A stretch of 64,000 bases of DNA from Squalus acanthias (lineage: Eukaryota): positions 67,890,001 through 67,954,000 of the forward strand of contig CM059430.1 of the NCBI GenBank assembly GCA_030390025.1. The letters run 5' to 3'. The translations under genes and the position numbers were made by a program. Under the pieces are notes generated by a model. The model was not told the DNA's origin. It did not search any database and worked only from the letters and a program-made list of their open reading frames with translations. Positions 48,640 to 61,326 of the stretch are shown here, one piece after another; within the stretch, counting starts at the first letter, position 1, and each line of letters starts with the position of its first letter.

Positions 48640-51340
48640 TAGAATTATAAAAACTTACAGCACAGGCGGAGGCTACTCGGCCCGTCCTGCATGTGATGGC
48701 ACTTTGGAAAAGCATCCGTGATTAGTCCCACATCCCTGCTTTTTGTCCGTAACAAAATAAGTACCTCATTCTCAAGTACCTGTCCAACAACCTTTTTAAA
48801 GTTATTTATGGAATCAGCTTCCACCATCTTCGACTGAAAAAAAACTCATAATCGCCCCTCTAGATCTTTTGTCAATGATGTTTAACTTATGGCCTGTAGT
48901 TATTGCACCGCTCGCCAGAGGGAATATTTTCTCTCTCCTCTATCAAAACCTCTCATCATCTTGAAAACCTCTATTAGGTCACCTCTTAACCTTCCCTGTT
49001 CCAAGGAGAAGAGTCCTACCTTTTTCAACTTCTCCTCATAATTGAAGTCCCTCATCCCTGGTAATATCCTAGTAATCATCCCCTGTATCCTTCCTAAGAC
49101 CTTTACATCTTTCATGTGGTGTGGTGCCCAGAATTCTCCACAATACTCCAGCTGAGGCCTAAGCAGTGATTATAAAGTTCTAGGATGATCTCTTAGCATT
49201 TTATGTTCTATTCCTCTATTTATAAACCCAAGTAACTATATGTTTTTTAACCATCTTATCAAGGTGCCCTGCATCATTTAAGGATTTGTGTATATGGATA
49301 CCAAGGTCTCTCTGGTCATCTACACTTTTCAAAAATCGTGCCCTTTTTCAGTGTACAGTCTTTCCATATAAGGCCTCCCAAAGTGCATCACTTCACATTT
49401 CTACGCATTGAACTCCATCTGCCATGCTTCTTCGCATTTCTCCATCCTGTCTATGTCATCTCGAAGCCTTTAACAAAACTCATCTCTATCTATTACTTTA
49501 CCAAGTACCGCATCATCTGCAAACATCTGCTCCCGAGTCTAGGTCCTTTATTAAAATTGAAAAGAGTAATGGACCCAAAACTAATCCTTGGGGAACACCA
49601 GTGCAAACCACCTCCAAGTCTGAACAACATCTATCAACCACTATCCTTTGCTTCCTGTCACTGAGCCAATTTTGTATCAATACCTTCACTTGCCCCTTAA
49701 TTCGATGGACTTCCATATTCTTAATAAGCCTCTTGTGCGCAATTTGTCCAATACCTTCCGAAAATCCATTCATGCGACATCTGCTGCACTACCTTGATCA
49801 ACCTTCTCTCATACCTCATCAAAGAATTGAATCAAGTTAGTCAGAAAAGATTTGCCTTTAACAAATCCATGCTGACTCTCCTTGATTAACCCATGCCTTT
49901 CCAAATTGAAGTAATTTTGTCCCTTATAATGGTTTCTATTAACTTCTCCACTTCCGATGTTAAGCTGACTGGCCTGTAGTTTCCTGGTTTATCCCTCTCC
50001 CCTAACTTGAATAGTGGTATAACATTAGCAACCCGCCAGTCCTCCGGCACCACTCCTGTACCCAATGAGAATTGAAAGATTTTGAAGAATGCCTCTGCTA
50101 TTTCCACCTTTGCTTCTTTCAGCAACCTAGGATGCATTCCATCTTCCTTTTTGAAGACAGATGCAAAGTATGCATGTAATAGTTTAACCATGTCCTCTGC
50201 CTCGACATTAATATTCGTCTTTGGGCCATTAGCAGCACAACTTTGTCCTTAGCTAACTACTTATGCTTTATATGTTTATAAAATGTTTTAGGCTTCATTT
50301 TAATATTCCTTTCTAATCATTTCTCTTAACCTCTCTTTGCCTCCCGAATTACATTTTTTAATTCTCTCCTGTACTTTCCATACTCTTCCTGGTTATTAAT
50401 TGAATCTTGCTCCTGAAATTTATCATAAGCCTCCTTGTTCTGTTTTATTTTAACTTGTATTTCCTTTGTCATCCAGGGCGCATTAACTTTGGATGCTCTA
50501 CATTTTCCCTTCGAAGGAATAGGCTTTGTTTCCACCTGAACTATCTCTTCCCTGAATTCCTTCCATTGCTCCGTTACTGCTTTACCCTACAATCGTCTTT
50601 TACAATCTATTTGTGCTGGGTCCCTCCTTAAATCACTGCAATTAGATCTTCCCTAGTTGAGCACTTTTGCCTTCGATATTTTCTGGTCTCTTTCCATACT
50701 TATTTTAAACCGAATTATGTTGTGGTCACTTTTAGCTGGATGATCTCCTACGGTAACACACACCACTTGCCCTACTTCATTTCCCAGAACCATATCCAAC
50801 ACTGCTTCCTTCCTTGTTAGACTGGAGACATATTGATCGAGAAAGATCTCCTTTCCACATATCAGAAATTCCTCTCCTTCCCTACCCTCAGCACTAAGTT
50901 TTCCCCAGTCTATATTAGGGTATTTAAAGTCTCCTAATATTACTACTCTATTTTTGTTACACGCATTTGAAATTTGCCGACAAATATGCGCATCTATCTC
51001 CTTCCCACTGTTTGGAGCTCTACAAAAAAAGTTTCCAACAGTTTAACAGCTCCCCCCCCCCGGTGCCTCAACTCAAGTCAAATAAATTCAGTCCTAGAAT
51101 CATCCATTGTATACTTTCGAATTAGAACTGTAACATCATCTGTAATCAATGCTGCCACGCCACCTGATATTTATTCTTCTCTATTATTCCTGAATACTTG
51201 TTAACCAGGAATATTAATAACCAATTCCTGGCCTTGTTGAGCCAGGTCTGTATTAATGCAACCACGTCATAATCCCATGCAGCAATTTGTGCCTGCAGCT
51301 CAACAACCTTATCAATTACACTGCGGACATTGGCCTACAT
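48640..51340 (-). mobile_element. CR1 LINE ORF2, degenerate with internal deletions
   Basis: PEDWRVANVIPLFK.G....GNYRPVSLTS, GVPQGLVLGPLLF, LRGDLIEVFKMM. Confidence 0.88.
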
Positions 51341-52552
51341 ACAAAACTTCATTTCAGTTGGCTGCTTTAGATATGCATGACAACCCAAGCCTAATTGATT
51401 ATTATTCTCTCCAGTGCTGGGGCGCTTAGCTCAATCATGCCACTGAAATAATTGTCTATGAGGTCACCTAATACAGAAGACTCCAAGGGTGATGGTTTCA
51501 CCAAATAAGCGACCAGGTCATGGTAAGCAAGCATGCAATTTGAAACAATACAGATATATAGTGAATGGTTTTAGTGTCAGCATGAATGTTCACTGAACGT
51601 ACAAATGTAAACCAAACTCACACCGGAGTATTTGATCAGAGGATGATGCTAATGGGATACTCATAGGCTATGGTAGACACTGCAATCATTTAATAAAAGC
51701 CACCAGGACGGCATTTGTGAATTCAGGTGGATCTGGGAGCTATGATCGGGCAACAGGATTTATGGATTCACTATAACGCACAAAATAACTATTGTCCACA
51801 CGATCTGGCGTTCCACTTTCACTCTTGTTTTCTTATTTGTTAGTTTCAACGTTCATAGGAAATAAGACCAGAAGGTTAATAGGGATGATGTAGGCCAGTC
51901 AGTTCATCCGACAGTCCACCATCACAGCTGAAGTCAAGCGTGTTGTTACATTTGCACAACCGTGGATCAGACAAATAGGCTCCTCCTATTTACAGCAGAA
52001 TGTGAGTAGCTGGATTTTGACATATGCATTTAAGCTCATGAACATGGAGAACTCGATTGGTTAGCGTAAAGGCGCACGGGCATTCAATGTACAGACAGGA
52101 GATTTTTTTCAACTGATCAGGGTTTGCTGTAGGAATAGGCGGAACAAAATACAGCAGTACAACCAATAACGCTTTATCATCACAAGAACAAGAAAGGAGC
52201 ACTCACAGTCTGGAGTTTTCTCCGCGTTTCCGCCAAGAGAGAAGTGCAATCTGGAGGCAAACAAGTTACATGGCTTTCAAGATGCCGCATTTTTGCGTAA
52301 GTGAGTTACACGAGTAACTACAATACTCCTAAGTATCCTAGATCTTATAAGTGGGTGCATTAAACCCTGAGTCTGCACGACTCTCCGCCCACAATATTGT
52401 CTTAACAAAGGAAATACATCAATTGAAATTGAACATTTAGGCACGTGATATTACACTCCACTCTAGATCACGTGCAAACCCCTGGCTTCCAAAGCTCCAG
52501 GAGTTTAGTGGCTCCTTGCAGCTTATGGCCAGTCGAATGTTCGTCACTCAGA

Positions 52553-52607
52553 ATGACGGTGAGCTCCGCGCTTTTCTGCATATCTTTGGTGGGAGTTCTT
52601 TACAGAG
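52553..52607 (+). CDS. Gene B exon 1 (signal peptide MTVSSALFCISLVGVLYR)
   Basis: Hydrophobic leader; AGA G|gtgtgt, phase 1. Confidence 0.8.
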
Positions 52608-55600
52608 GTGTGTTTCTTTATCTTACCGCTCCATGCTTATCGAAAAAAAGTTAATGTTAAAACAATTTATCATATTTTGTGCACATTTCTTTCTTCCGTT
52701 TTTCTTATTGTGTTATTAATGTGGTTAATTTTCTTGTTTTTTTTAAATTTCTGAGTCATTATATTTGTTCTTTTTCGAAAGTATGCAAACTATTATGTCA
52801 GCATTTTTGTTTATTTTCTGATAGCCGCTGAAGTAACTTCGATCAAAGTGGATCAATTCCCGAAATACATTAAGGTTGCCAGGAATACAAATGTTTCCAT
52901 GTTCTGCACATTTCCCATATTTCAAGATGCCCCCGATGTTTATTGGCGGAGATGGGGCGAGGAGACGTTCCTGGAGCCAGACAGGAGAAAGCAATTTAAT
53001 GTAAAAAAGGGAAGTGGTTCATTTGATCTCCTGAATGCGAGTGTCGCCGACTCCGGATTGTATTACTGTCAAGTAAAACATCATCAAAAATCTATTGGAG
53101 ATGGAAGTGGCTCCCAGCTTACTGTGTACGGTAAGTGTCATTGTGACGGGGAGTGGGAGATTCTCAGCAGTGTGCGATATATGTAAACATCAATAGTGGG
53201 GGGAATTTGAACTTTTTTCACTTGACGAAAACCACGTGATAGCAAATTCGTTTTAAAATTCTCCCAATTTTCTTTTCCATTGACCCCGGTGTACAACTGC
53301 CCGCCGATTCGCTAGCGCCCGGTTTCCTCTACTGCCCCAGATCAATTTTACCCCTTCATTGTCCGCATGACATTCCAAAGTGCTTTGCATCCAATGAGTT
53401 CTTTTGGAATTGCAGTTACAATTATTAAGGAGGCAAGATACTGAAATAGTACAAATGTTTAAATCTTGGCTTGAAATTAATAACTGGGATTAGATGGCCA
53501 AATTCCTTCTCACCAAAATAGCGATACCAAGGAACGACAATGGGAACAATTCTAAAACCTCCGAGGTCAGGTATTTTATACTTCATTAAAGGACAGCTCC
53601 GCCGCCCCAACAAGGTACCTTCATCACAAACTCAACAGAACAATGTCCTGCTACAATCGTGGTTATTGCACACACCAGGGAACATTTGGGCCCCACTACT
53701 TAAAATTGCCAATTTAATATTTTCTGTGCAGAATTGTCCAAAATCTGGAATTCTCTCTCCAAAATGGAGGTGGATGATGAGACAATAGGAGCTTCCAAGA
53801 TTGACATGGATAGATTTTTGTTAGGTGGGGTTATCAAGGAATATTGAGTTAAGTGGACAAATGGATTTGAGGTACAGATTAGCCATCATCTAATTGAATG
53901 GCGGAGCAGACTCGAGGGACTAAATGGCTCCTCCTGTTCCTCTATCCGCAGTTTAGGCTGTGCACTTGCTTTCATTGAGAACTTTTTTGAGACTGCCAAA
54001 CTAATTTCACAAAGGAATCTTATAATCCATTGAAAGGGAAGTGTTGGTCTTACCCTCAATGCTGGATTCCACCCTAAGTCCTAGACCTTGCACGAGAGTG
54101 TAGTAACCCAATGATACTGTTTGAACATCTGTCTTACGACAATTGGACTTTCTTTCATACACTCACAACCTGTAAAGTACGGGCAGATTATCGCCGAAAT
54201 TGCAATAAACGCCTGGGCTCCCGTATTTGCAATTCATGATTTCCATTTCTATTCTACCAATCCCAGACTGAAGTTACGGCAGCAGATTAAGTGAACACTT
54301 TCGTCCTCCTCCTGCATGGAAATTCAACCTCATAACATATTATGTCGAAACAGATCAGTGGTAAAGAATGGAGGAATTCTGAGCTTTGGTTGGGCAATCA
54401 ACACGGTGCTGCTGGGAATAAAGGCTGAAATAACGTTCCAAGTTAATAATAACTCTGATTTAAATGTTTGCTATTGCTACAAAATCGGAAAAGTAAACAT
54501 TTAAAGAAAAGATGTTAAGGAGTTTGTTTGTAATAAATTTACAAAACAATGCAAACCTAATAATGGACTCTACTTCCAGCTAAACAGTGACTGTAGCTCT
54601 AGCGGACAAAGGTTCTCATCAGTAAAAGACGATTGTAGGACAGATATAAGCAGAATCTACTTCAGGCAAAACGTGTTCAACAGACCGAATAGACTTGGGG
54701 AAGGACAGAAACCCTGGAATTATGTAAGACATGCACTCAGACTTAGGAGATCCGATTCGGATTCCCTCATCTGTATGGATGTTGTGATCTACACAGAGAT
54801 ACATTATTACCAATATAACGCTTTCATGAGGTGAAACAAAATCCAGCCCTCGGTTCGCACTCTGGGGAAAGTACATTTAGAGAAAGCTGCACGATCTGAA
54901 ATCTCCACCACAGACACTGAAATGCTGAGTTAGCAACTGTAATGCACGAATATTAATCTAACAGCATCCTGTCTGCAATCTGTGTAGACATCAGAGATAT
55001 TTCGATATATTGGCAAAAATTCTTCTTCTCATTATTCACCGTTTATATAAAATATGTTTCCAATATATGAAATATCTAAAAAGCGACCAATTTTTAAATA
55101 AACACACAAACTGTTTAATACTCCAAAGATTATCAATAAACTACGAGAAGCGGTTTCACTGTTCGTGCAGACTGGGTTGAGCTCTCTCAATTATAGTCGG
55201 ACAGGAACCTCACTCGGAGTCACTGCTGCCAACCACAATCCCGCGCCAATATCTGCTACTCCATTCAGAACAGTGACGCGTGCCACCCTGCATGTTAGCA
55301 GCCCTGGGAGATTCACCCTCTTTTTGCGTACGGTTTCCAATATATTCCGTCATTTTGCTGTGCGCCGTAAAACAATTTATAAAATAAATGGAAACTCGAA
55401 GTTTCAAAAAAACGACAGCGCGGATAGCTATTATGACAGTAGGAATGTAACAGCATAACGAGAGTAGGCAAATGAGATTGTGTTCCTTTAAATTAAAAAA
55501 AACTTTTTTTCTGTTAAAGTTCCCCCAACTCCCCTGAAAATCGCTCCTGTTGAAGGGATTTCAGCGACTTCTCTAAAACTCGAGTGTAAAACAACTGCCT

Positions 55601-58600
55601 TTTACCCGGAGCATTTAGAAATCTCCTGGCGAAGAGATGGTGTCGAAAATTTGACCGGAATAGCAACTGTGAAAAACAGGAACGCGGAGGGACTGTTTGA
55701 GGTTTCCAGCTCGTTGGAAGAAGCACAGCCTGCCCAGAGCGGAGTTGTTTATACATGTCTGGTATCTCATGTCTCTCTTCTGGTGCCCGCCAATGTCAGC
55801 TACACCGTTAATCGAGGTAAGATTGGAAACCTGTAAAGCGGGGAGCGGGGATCTGCTCCAACCTGCAATTACTTATTAGACATGCAGCTGGGTCCCTGTT
55901 CAACCCCGAGGATATAGGGTAAATGTGAAATCTATTTAATCTCAGTGTCACATCGATGGGAACGGTATAAAATATTCCTGATGGTTTGTAAGTGAAGGAC
56001 AGTGAATATCACGCTGAAGAGATCCGCAACGGGAGGTTGATGTGCGAACTGTTCAAAAGTTGAAAGATCATTCCTCCGCAAATTCTTGCCAAATAAAATA
56101 AAATTACGCATCAAATTGATCCATTCTACCAGATTCACTATAACATCCTATATATTTAAATGGAATATATGGAGCTGTTATTGAGTAGATTGAGCCTATA
56201 CTGTCTGGAATTTAGAAGAATGAGAGGTGATCTCGTTGAAATATATAAGATTCTGAGGGGGATTAAACAGATAGATGCTGAGAGGCTGTTTCCCCTAGCT
56301 GGAGAGTCTAGAATTAGGGGGCCAAGTCCCAGGATAAGGTGTCGGCCATTTAGGACTGATATGAGGAGGAATTTATTCACTCTGAGCGTTGTGAATCTTT
56401 GGAATTCTCTCCCCCAGAGGGCTGTGGCTGGGTCGTGAAGTATATTCAAGGCTGAGGTAGATAGATTTTTGGACTCTAAGGGAATCAAGGGATGTGGGAA
56501 AAGGGCGGGAAAGTGGAGTTGAGGTCGAAGATCAGCAATGATGTTCTTGAATGGCGGAGCAGGCTCGAGGGTTCGTATGGACTACTCCTGCTCCTAATTC
56601 TTATGTTCTTATTATGTTCATCTGTTCTCTGCGCACCGTTCCTTCAGCTGTCTGGACCTTAAACTTTGGAATTCCCGCCCTAAACCTCTTCTATATCTCT
56701 CTCCTTCTTTAAGACGTTCCTTAGACCCTACCCCCACCTGTCCTAATCGTGGCTTGTTCTCAAATGTTGCTTGATACCGCTCCTGTGAAGTGCCTTAGAA
56801 TGTTTTACTACGTTAAAGGCGCTATATAAATGCAAGTCGTTCTTGTTGCCTACCAAAAGTTGCAGTAGGTGATCTCTGGTAAGGCTCGTGAGGGGTGGCT
56901 GCACTGGAGAACGGGCGACTTTGCCACGATTTGCAGTCTGTGCCCATCAGTCCGGTGTAGCATGGCTACGTAAAATATGAAACTCCTTTTACTCTTAATT
57001 AACAACCCTCGTCTGCAGAGAGAAGCTTCCTGGGCCTTTATGTAATGGGATTTGTTTTCTCCATAAATTGCATCACTGACTTGCAGTTGCTGTCGTTTGG
57101 TACACGTTATAATCCTTGTCCAGCTGCTGCCCATAGAAATAAAGGGGTCGAGCCCCTCTGACAGTCAGTGGACGCCATCATCTCGAGAGACACCTTTGGA
57201 ACACGCCCTCCCGTTCCGGACCCATGAGTCCCTGTCGTTATATGTCTCTATTTTCTACAGTTTCTTATTTCAATTATCTGTTGATCCTGTAGGGACTGAT
57301 GACAAATTTGCACTGATATTTGGATGTGCAGGGGGCGCATTGGCAATTTTACTGTTGATAATAATTTTGACGAGACTCACATTGCAGGCATCAGATGGTA
57401 AGAACATTTCTTATTTCCCCGAATGCTTTTATTTTCCGCGGTCCAGTTGTATTGTTACAAAACCGAAAGAGCAGGTGAATAGGGATTGATTGTAGACGGA
57501 TAAAGTGCCCTTAACTGCCTGCATCTTCAAAGAATGAAGTTACTACCACAAGAGCGTTATGTGGTTGGCAGTAGATGAATATGACAATGTAAACCGGATC
57601 TTGAAATGTAAATATTTTACCTTCCCATTCGAACTATTCACTCAACTTATACACTTTCATTTTGCAACAACCGGAATCCTTAATGTTCTGCAATGTTTTA
57701 GTATCAGTGCGGGTCCAGATCTTGAAACGTAAACAATTTGAGGTAGATGTTGACTTTTTGCGATCGTGTAAAACGGATGATAGCGAACTGACAGACTGTT
57801 TTACATCTCTCCCGATTTCTATTTGCCTAAATGTGTGTCACTGGGAGAGATGTAAAATGGGCTGCCGTCTCACTATCACCCATTTTACACTATCGGACAA
57901 AGTCAAAGTCTACTCCATTGGGTGCAGCATCACTACGGGGTATGAGAATGTCATCAACAGTATAATGCACTAAGGACTGGCACTTCTAAACACCTTCAAG
58001 CAGATCTGTCCCTTCAGATCTCCTTACGTTACAAAGTAAATGTGACCAACATCAAAACATGTTGGTTTTGCTGGCACACAGATTAAGTTATTCAAGGTGG
58101 ATTTTTTTTCTTTCCTTTAGGCATTAAGAGAAATTCTGTGGAAGCGGGTCAGAGTGAAGAGCCGGTAGGGTGACAATTTTCTTTATGTTCCAAAAAAGAA
58201 GGGGCAGGGGGGGAATAGTAACCCAATATATACATTCAGCCGAGAAGATACTACTTATATTTCATAGAATCATAAACTCTTACAGCACAGAAGGAAGCCA
58301 GCGTGCCTCTTCCGGCTCTTTGAAAGAGTTATCCAATTAGTCACACCCCCTCCCGCACTTTACCCATAGTCCTGCAATTGTTTTCGTCCCAATTCCCATT
58401 TTGTAAGTTCCTACTGAATCTGCTTCCACCATCCTTCCAGGCAGTGCGTTCCAGATCATAACAGCTGGCTGCATAAAATATTCTCCTCATCTTCCCTCTG
58501 GTTCTTTTGCCAATTATCTTAAATCTGTGTCCTTTGCATACCAACCCACCCATCAGTGGAAACAGTTTCTCCTTATTTACTTTATCAAAAACCCCTCCGA

Positions 58601-60790
58601 ATTTTGAACACCTCTATTAAATCTTCCCTTAACCTTCTCTGCTCTAAAGAGAACAATCCCAGTTGTAAGATCCTCCAATAGGCTGGGCTGGCCGAGGAAT
58701 AGGAAAGTGGCCGACGCCACAGCAGGAGTGAAAACCTTCAGGAGAGTAGACAGATCGAGTTAATTGGGGACGAAAGGGAGAAATGAGTAATGTGTAGTAT
58801 TCATAGGATAGTTATTAGCTGTGCTCCAAATCATCCTGATTTTAAATGTATGTAAATAATTTGTGCGCTATGGGTTTCATATTTAGAACATTACTCCACA
58901 ACCTATTGGTGAGATATTGGATAAAATCGTTGAGTGGGACAGAATGTAATCGTGCCCTAATCCATCGGTTACTGTGTGCATACTTAGACTTTCAGACTCA
59001 GTTCCAATTGATGGTAGCTGGCAGCTGTATCAGACTCTCCGCTATCAGTATTTCATGTCTTATTTTTATAGGTTAGACAAGGACCAAGTGAAGAGATTGC
59101 CGCCTACGCTACTCTAAACTTGAGAGACGACAGAGGACCTTCCAAACGGAGACAGGAGAAAGACCACACCGACTATTCCCAGGTACATAGGATTACATCC
59201 AATATACGGCACAGAAACAGGCCATTCGGTCCAACCAGTCCATGCCGTCGTTTATGCTCCACAGAGCCTCCTCCCGTCTCTCCTCATCTAAATCTATCAG
59301 CGTAACCTTCTATACCCTTTTCTCTCATATGCTTGTCTAGCCTCCCATTAAATGCATCTATACTGTTCGCTTCAACCACTCCCTGTGGTAGCGAGTTCCA
59401 CATTCTTACCACTCTTTGGGTAAAGATGTTTCTTCTGAATTCCTGATATGTATGCCCTCGCATTTCTGGTATCATCCTAGTACATCGTCTCTGCTCCCTC
59501 TCCAATGCCTTCAGTTAGAGCGGAGGGATGGGCGCCAATAATATCCAAACCATTCCCATACAAAATCAACAGTGTGAGCTAACATAGGCAATGTTAACAA
59601 TCTGTACAGAAAACTGGGGGTAATTTTGACTTGTGTGCGACAGTGTAAAATGGTGATAGCTAAACGGCATCTCTGCCACTAACTTCAATGGAAATACAAT
59701 CGGGAGAGATGTAAAACGGGCTGCGGACCCGTGTCACACTATCGCACAGTCAAAATTATCCTCGTTTCTTTTTCGGGTCTGGCTGTGATAATGATTGCTC
59801 TGAACGACAAATTGCAAAATAGGAAACTCACCTGATCAGACTCGCAAATATCTCTGTTATAGACGAAGCACGGAACCGGCGACAGACTGACCTACGCCGC
59901 TCCCGTAAACGACACCACGAAAAACGCGAAACCCAGACAGAAGGAGGAGAGCACGGTGTATGCCCAGGTACAGCTCAGGTCATTCATTGAAACACGATCA
60001 ATGTTCTGCGGTACGACACTGAGCCGCAGGAAATAGAAAGATCCCAGGTTTCAACTACCAAGTGTGCTGTGTCGGCTGATCTCAGCCAAGGTTCATCATA
60101 GTTGACCTCCGTGTCCCAGGGATCGGCAGGGGGTGGGAGCGGCTGAAAAGTGCAGATGCGTGAGCAGTTTCAACCTTGGACCCACCGCCATGGGATCAGC
60201 AGGTCACACAGGCTGTCGAGGCTCAGACAGCTTAAAACGGTACATTGCGATATGAGATATACTTAACAGATGGGTATGACATTCCTTTGTCTGTTATTGT
60301 AATTGAAGTATTAACCTGCTCATTTCAATGGGTTACAACAGCAGAGAACTAATTTTATATGAACGTTAAACCGGAATACTTACAAGATTTTTTTCGGGCC
60401 CAAAAATGGGCCCTGGGTGTGGGGGCAACAGATGCTCCTGGAATTGGTGCCCAACAGGAATCATTGTTTGCAGAGCAAGGAGAAACCGGAGAGAAAATAA
60501 AATCAGTACAAAATCTGAATAAAACGGTTCCAATCTGAAGTTGGTAATTGATGAGAGGAAATTTCCCCACAGCCTTTTTTAAAGCTCGATTGCTTCAAGC
60601 AATGAGTGGGCAATGGACGAACGACTGATACCAAATGTTACTTTCACAGACAAAACAAAGACGCGGCGACAACAAGCTGACTTACGCCGCTCTGCAGCTT
60701 GCTGATTCCAAGAAAACATCAAAATCGAAACAACAAGACAAGCGGGCTGTGTACGCAGAAGTAAACGTGAGAAACAAAGAGAGAAGCTGA
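52553..60790 (+). CDS. Gene B: non-rearranging VJ-C1-TM receptor with six-tyrosine tail (SIRP-like/VJC1-type IgSF), 387 aa, 8 exons
   Basis: Exons 52553-52607, 52825-53130, 55520-55816, 57293-57397, 58121-58164, 59072-59182, 59863-59967, 60650-60790 total 1164 nt, in frame, all GT-AG. Confidence 0.9.
52825..53130 (+). CDS. Gene B exon 2 (VJ-type V domain)
   Basis: KVDQFP...VSMFC...VYWRR...DSGLYYC...GDGSGSQLTVY G|gtaagt. Confidence 0.93.
55520..55816 (+). CDS. Gene B exon 3 (C1 domain)
   Basis: PPTPLKIAP...LKLECKTTAFYPEHLEISWRRDG...YTCLVSHVSL; G|gtaaga. Confidence 0.93.
56165..56612 (+). mobile_element. CR1 LINE 3' fragment (intronic)
   Basis: LEFRRMRGDLVEIYKIL...RRNLFTLSVVNLWNSLPQ followed by a ttcttatgttctt tail. 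Confidence 0.88.
56630..56848 (+). mobile_element. L2-type 3' end
   Basis: ttccttcagctgtctggacc...tggaattcc...tgtgaagtgccttaga...ggcgctatataaatgcaagt. Confidence 0.6.
57293..57397 (+). CDS. Gene B exon 4 (transmembrane)
   Basis: GTDDKFALIFGCAGGALAILLLIIILTRLTLQASD; cctgtag| and |gtaaga. Confidence 0.9.
57740..57916. repeat. Short hairpin MITE-like element
   Basis: Nearly whole-length inverted symmetry (ttttacatctctccc / gggagagatgtaaaa; ttgacttt / aaagtcaa). Confidence 0.7.
58121..58164 (+). CDS. Gene B exon 5 (44 nt)
   Basis: tttcctttag|GC ATT AAG...GAG CCG|gtaggg. Confidence 0.85.
58262..58662 (-). mobile_element. CR1 LINE 3' fragment (intronic)
   Basis: tcatagaatcata tail; KGHRFKIIGKR on the minus strand. 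Confidence 0.8.
59072..59182 (+). CDS. Gene B exon 6 (AAYATL, TDYSQ)
   Basis: tttttatag|GTT AGA CAA...TCC CAG|gtacat, phase 0-0. Confidence 0.85.
59205..59510 (-). mobile_element. CR1 LINE 3' fragment (intronic)
   Basis: RRNIFTQRVVRMWNSLPQGVVEANSIDAF. Confidence 0.85.
59616..59763. repeat. Short hairpin MITE-like element (57740 family)
   Basis: ggggtaattttgact / agtcaaaattatcc ends; gggagagatgtaaaa core. Confidence 0.65.
59863..59967 (+). CDS. Gene B exon 7 (LTYAAP, TVYAQ)
   Basis: ctctgttatag|ACG AAG CAC...GCC CAG|gtacag, phase 0-0; paralogous to the neighbouring tail exons. Confidence 0.8.
60650..60790 (+). CDS. Gene B exon 8 (LTYAAL ITIM, AVYAEV, stop)
   Basis: ctttcacag|ACA AAA CAA...TKQRRGDNKLTYAALQL...AVYAEVNVRNKERS*. 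Confidence 0.88.
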   Translation, partial: TKQRRGDNKLTYAALQLADSKKTSKSKQQDKRAVYAEVNVRNKERS

Positions 60791-60943
60791 GAATCGGAAT
60801 ACAGTCCGAAGATGTGGGATATTAATGACTGCAGGCCCAGGGTATTCGATTATATACCATAAACAGTCTATCACTGTTTTCATTTATAGCAGCCAGACGA
60901 AGGAGTAACGACCTGAAACATTACACATTTTGTGTTTATTTGT

Positions 60944-60990
60944 GCGTGTGTGTGTGTGTGTGTGTGGCGGGGGGGGGGGGGGGGGAGGGC
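60944..60990 (+). repeat. (TG)n microsatellite plus poly-G run in the gene B 3' UTR
   Basis: Direct reading. Confidence 0.9.
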
Positions 60991-61320
60991 GGGTTCGCGA
61001 GGCAGCTGAAGTGGTAATTTTCACCTTCAGTGTTGAGGCGGCAAACTGCCGGAATTCGTCGCTGGCCCATTATACAACCAGCCCGCTGTCGTGCGCTTTC
61101 CATGGCGAGGGCAGATTCCGCAACCCCAGTTTTACGCGGGCTGCAATACGAAAATCTACCTCGGCCCATGTGTTCTGGATTTCAATTGTGCACAATGTAC
61201 TGAGCGTGATATTATCAACCGGTTGTCATCAAAATTTTGCAATGTCATCTTGCGATGGCTCTTAAAATTTAGCTTGCATGTTTGAGATCACAGGGATTGA
61301 CAAGGAGTCCCTTGCAGTCT

Positions 61321-61326
61321 AATAAA
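61321..61326 (+). terminator. Candidate polyadenylation signal of gene B
   Basis: AATAAA about 530 nt after the stop codon, followed by T-rich sequence. Confidence 0.55.

Noticed and set aside
52200-52550. Immune promoter motifs (NF-kB/ETS/IRF-like) upstream of gene B, and of gene A at 6400-6600
   Set aside because: Short degenerate matches expected by chance; no clearly shared arrangement between the two genes.
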